Source of the DNA: a virus
Taxonomy: Duplodnaviria; Caudoviricetes
Reading direction: 5' to 3' (one strand)
IMG/VR virus record: IMGVR_UViG_3300028533_000217
Coordinates: 1 to 64,000 of that record
Length of the DNA stretch: 64,000 bases
Position numbers and translations under genes: made by a program. This document shows positions 60,239-64,000 of this stretch, piece by piece (within the stretch, counting starts at the first letter, position 1; the number at the start of each line of letters is the position of its first letter). The notes below the pieces were generated by a model. That model was not told the DNA's origin. It searched no databases and saw only the letters and a program-made list of their open reading frames with translations.

Positions 60239-60985
60239 ATGAATAATTATGGATATGGAAATTGTGTAATATGTATTGAAGGGGATGAGAATATATATTC
60301 TGTAGTTCCTTATTATAAAGGAATTAAGTTGGAAAAGAATACAGGATATCTTAAAGATGGATTAGTATATATCTATAGAGGAGATATATCTAGACAAAAG
60401 AAATTTAAAACAGGAATATTTACAGACAAGAAAGGTCATGTGTTCTTCTCAATGGATCCGGAAGAAGCTAGTAAATATTCATTTGAGAATATAAAAGACG
60501 ATTCAATACAATCAATAATAAAACAAGCGGAGAAAGTAGACCCGATGTTAAAAAGAAAGATAATGAAACAAATAACACAATCTTCAGATATCTATCTTCC
60601 TGAGTTAGATCCTGGAGTAGATGATTGTTTCAAACATATGGTAAAACTTATGTTACATGATAAAAAGATTGACTTGAAACAATTTAAAGACAAGTTTGTT
60701 AAAAGTCATTCATTAACAAATTTAAAAGCCTCATTAGAAACAAAATCTAGTCCTGATGGAAAGAAAGGTTCTCTAACATATGCAAACTTATGTAGATGGT
60801 TAGAAATATTAGATATGGATATGGAAATAACATTTAAAGACAGTGAAAATTCAGAATATCCTTGTGGAAAAATATTTAAATATGATAGTAATAACGGATA
60901 TACAACTGAATGGGCTGAAGGATTTGAAGAACTAGAAGACGAATTAAATAACTTAGAAGGAGAAGATGAATATGAAGACGAGTAA
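60239..60985 (+). CDS. Hypothetical early protein (possible C-terminal HTH)
   Basis: After early promoter at 60166; LT..NL.RWLEIL. Confidence 0.7.
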   Translation: MNNYGYGNCVICIEGDENIYSVVPYYKGIKLEKNTGYLKDGLVYIYRGDISRQKKFKTGIFTDKKGHVFFSMDPEEASKYSFENIKDDSIQSIIKQAEKVDPMLKRKIMKQITQSSDIYLPELDPGVDDCFKHMVKLMLHDKKIDLKQFKDKFVKSHSLTNLKASLETKSSPDGKKGSLTYANLCRWLEILDMDMEITFKDSENSEYPCGKIFKYDSNNGYTTEWAEGFEELEDELNNLEGEDEYEDE

Positions 60986-61247
60986 TGAACAATTGTACCA
61001 AGCAATAAAAATAAAAATATTAGATGATTTAAATATAGCATATGAAGTGTTTAAAGAAGAGGGATTTGAAAATTTAGGAGGTGTTATATTACAACTAAAT
61101 TCAACAAAAGGATTTGGTGAATATATAAAAAACGAACCTAAAAAATTATCTGACTTTTTAGAACATCTTTATACACATTTAGATTTTCTAGTTCACATAA
61201 CTTTTGGTGAACATGTGGAGGAAGAATTCTTTCCTCTGCTAGACTAG
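60966..61247 (+). CDS. Hypothetical protein
   Basis: 93-aa overlapping ORF with RBS. Confidence 0.65.
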   Translation: MNMKTSNEQLYQAIKIKILDDLNIAYEVFKEEGFENLGGVILQLNSTKGFGEYIKNEPKKLSDFLEHLYTHLDFLVHITFGEHVEEEFFPLLD

Positions 61248-61301
61248 AATTTCATTGAATGATATACAATATGATAGGAAAATAAAAAAATATTTTAATC
61301 A

Positions 61302-62243
61302 ATGGAGGTAGTTGATATGGATTATTTTATATGGGACCGTGAAGAATCATTATTAGGGTTATCTGCTGGAACGATATTAAATTCTCGTGCAGATTTTAAA
61401 TATGGTACAGTAATAGTTATTCATAAAAAAGGCGATAGAAAAAACGTTGTTATGATGGAAACTTTACAAGGATTACGAGATCTTTATGAAATAGACAGCA
61501 CTAATCCTGATGTGGTTGGGTTTGTTGTAGCTGTTATATTAGCTCAAGAACAAGCTCAAACTATAAAAGAAAAATTAGAACAACAAGACGATGAAAATAA
61601 AGACGAATTATTAGAAACTTACACAGGATTATTAGAAGACTTAAATTCTAAAATGAACGATATGAATATAGATGTTAAAAAGGATGAAAAAACATTGTTA
61701 ATACCTTTAGCATTAAGTTATATTGATCCTGAATGTAGTATATTAGATTTATCTGACATTGATGAAGATGTTGAAGAAAAAACAATAACTGTTGTATTGG
61801 ACCATGTATTCATATCAGGTGAAAAAGCTGTAGACGAATTAAAATGCGCAGTTAATTTTAAGAATGAATTGGATAAACTATTATCTGATAAGTACATTCA
61901 GAAAAAACAAAACGATGAAGATGCGTTAGCTATAACTGAAAGGAAAATAGAAATGTTGGAATCAGAAGTTAGTGACGAGTCTGATGCTTTATTAAGAATA
62001 AACGTAAATAAAGTTTATCAGTATCCTAACGTAGTAATTTGTGATTGTGAAAATGGTCAGACGTTATATATACAAAGAGAAGCCATAAATACAATTAAGA
62101 ATAGCTCGATAGCATATGAAAAAAGACGTGAAGGAAGTAATGAAAAATATAAAGTTCATTATAAGATAATGAATATAAATTTAAATACATTCCATAACGA
62201 ATTATTAGAAAGAGGTAATTCAGTATTTGTTATAGAGATATAA
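61302..62243 (+). CDS. Hypothetical acidic protein
   Basis: 313-aa ORF; GGAGG RBS favours start 61317. Confidence 0.75.
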   Translation: MEVVDMDYFIWDREESLLGLSAGTILNSRADFKYGTVIVIHKKGDRKNVVMMETLQGLRDLYEIDSTNPDVVGFVVAVILAQEQAQTIKEKLEQQDDENKDELLETYTGLLEDLNSKMNDMNIDVKKDEKTLLIPLALSYIDPECSILDLSDIDEDVEEKTITVVLDHVFISGEKAVDELKCAVNFKNELDKLLSDKYIQKKQNDEDALAITERKIEMLESEVSDESDALLRINVNKVYQYPNVVICDCENGQTLYIQREAINTIKNSSIAYEKRREGSNEKYKVHYKIMNINLNTFHNELLERGNSVFVIEI

Positions 62244-62298
62244 TTATAACTCCAACCTATAAGGTTGGAGTTTTATCTTTTTATATTGGAGGTAAAAT

Positions 62299-64000
62299 AT
62301 GAAGATAACTTATCTTAGATTAGATAATTTCATAAATGTAAAAGCAGGAATGAAGAGAACTAAAGTTGAAATAGATTTTTCCAGTAGTAAAAACAATCTA
62401 GTTTTGTTATGTGGACCTAATGGTTCAGGTAAAACAAGTCTATTGTCGGAAATGCATCCGTTTGCTAATAGTGGAAATATGGATGTTAGAGGAGAAACTA
62501 ATCTTATAATAGAAGGTAAAGATGGTTATAAAGAAATTCATATATCAGATAAAGATGATATGTATATTATAAAGCATCATTATATGTTTTCAAAGAAAAA
62601 CAAATCAGTTAAATCTTTCATAACTAAAAACGGAAAAGAATTAAATCCTAACGGAAACGTTAAATCATTTAAAGAAGCTGTGAATGAACATTTAGGAATA
62701 GATCATGAGTTATTAAAACTTATGAGATTAGGAAGTAATGTAACCAGCCTTATTAACATGAAATCAACTAACAGGAAGAATTTTGCAACTAAATTATTTT
62801 CTGATATTGAAGTATATAATGGATTTTATAAAAAAGTCTCAGAGGAATATAGGAATATAAGAGCAGTTATGAAAAGCACTGCTGATAAAATAAGTAAATA
62901 TAACATACAAGACGAAGATGAATTTGATAAGCAGATTTATTTAACACAACAGGATGTTTATTTATACACAACAGAAAAAGAAAAGTTACAAAAAGACATA
63001 ATATTATTAGAGAATCAATTAAAAGAAACAAAAATAGATGATGAGGAGTTAGTCTATAATTCTTTCAATTTATTGAAAAAAGAAATTGATTCTGCTAATG
63101 AATTATTAGAGCTGGTTAGAGATATTAATATGAGTAAAGATGAATATGAATTGCAATATGAAAAGAATAAACAACAACTAGAACTAACCTTAATGAGTTA
63201 TAAAAGTAACATCGAAAAAGCTATAAGTGAAAGAGATATCTATTTTAATCAACGACAGGACTTAGAAGAATCTCTTAAAAGAGCTGCTTCACCTGAAAGA
63301 ATTAAGAACTTGAAAAGCACGATTTCAGAATATAAACACAACATAGATATATTAGAAAAAGAGTTAAAAAATAGTAATAAATATAATAAAACGGTTTTAT
63401 TATTATTAAAAGATCATTGCCAGAAAACTTTAGATTATATTAGAGAACTAGAAATATACAGTGATAGTGATATTAAAAGAATAATGGAAAGTGTTATGGA
63501 TAATGACGATTTGATGAAAAGACTTGAGACTAAGAATATAAGTAACAAAGAAACTTATGATATATTAAATGCTGAAATTATTAATATTGAAAAAATGAAT
63601 ATAGATTTCGATATTGACTTAGGGGATGACAATTGCACAAAAGATTGTCCATATAAGAAATTCTATCTACAAACAGTAGGGAAAAGAAACAACTTAGAAA
63701 AATATATAGAAGAAAGAAATAAGATTAACAAAGAAATCCTTAGATACGAAGATTTATACAACCTTTATAATAATATAGTTTTTATAAAAAATCATATATT
63801 ATCTTACGAACATGAATATCAAATTCCTATAGAATACGATTACGCTTATTGTTTTTCAAATTATATAATGAATAAATCAGTAATAAACATAAATCTTTTA
63901 AATTTATCAATAGACGATGCTGAGAAATTTGAGATGCTTGAAAAATATAAAAAAGATTTAGAAAACTTTGAAAAAGAATATAATTTAATAAAATCATCTG
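62299..64000 (+). CDS. SbcC/Rad50-like SMC ATPase (partial, runs off window)
   Basis: MKITYLRLDNF..LLCGPNGSGKTS Walker A, long coiled coil, CTKDCP zinc-hook-like motif. Confidence 0.85.
   Translation, partial: MKITYLRLDNFINVKAGMKRTKVEIDFSSSKNNLVLLCGPNGSGKTSLLSEMHPFANSGNMDVRGETNLIIEGKDGYKEIHISDKDDMYIIKHHYMFSKKNKSVKSFITKNGKELNPNGNVKSFKEAVNEHLGIDHELLKLMRLGSNVTSLINMKSTNRKNFATKLFSDIEVYNGFYKKVSEEYRNIRAVMKSTADKISKYNIQDEDEFDKQIYLTQQDVYLYTTEKEKLQKDIILLENQLKETKIDDEELVYNSFNLLKKEIDSANELLELVRDINMSKDEYELQYEKNKQQLELTLMSYKSNIEKAISERDIYFNQRQDLEESLKRAASPERIKNLKSTISEYKHNIDILEKELKNSNKYNKTVLLLLKDHCQKTLDYIRELEIYSDSDIKRIMESVMDNDDLMKRLETKNISNKETYDILNAEIINIEKMNIDFDIDLGDDNCTKDCPYKKFYLQTVGKRNNLEKYIEERNKINKEILRYEDLYNLYNNIVFIKNHILSYEHEYQIPIEYDYAYCFSNYIMNKSVININLLNLSIDDAEKFEMLEKYKKDLENFEKEYNLIKSS

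Overview
Very AT-rich segment of a lytic jumbo phage of the AR9/PBS1-phiKZ type, probably infecting a low-GC Firmicute (Clostridia-like; inferred from the class B sortase, lipoproteins, strong GGAGG RBSs and tail-fibre motifs). Core genes: primase, DnaB, Mre11/SbcD and SbcC, RecD/Dda helicase, type II topoisomerase (gyrB/gyrA-like), RecA/UvsX, NAD-dependent ligase, three split RNA polymerase beta-subunit pieces, FtsH-like protease and IF-1. These are interspersed with early-gene clusters, homing-endonuclease-like ORFs and two related ORF-less group I introns. Two phage promoter motifs recur: TGTAA..TTT(C)AA-N3/4-ATATTATA..TGAA and AACA-N6-TA. Most notable: (1) two distant loci where a tandem pair of a homologous, covarying structured RNA (127 and ~139 nt) precedes paralogous Bro-N-domain genes; (2) a prfB-type +1 frameshift cassette (GGAGG-TAT-CTT-TGA) directly after the catalytic Tyr of gyrA; (3) a promoter / hairpin-array / terminator / ORF locus with type III TA-like architecture; (4) a phage-encoded sortase B next to its apparent substrate; (5) further orphan structured RNAs. 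All calls were made by eye from motifs, with no database searches or folding programs.
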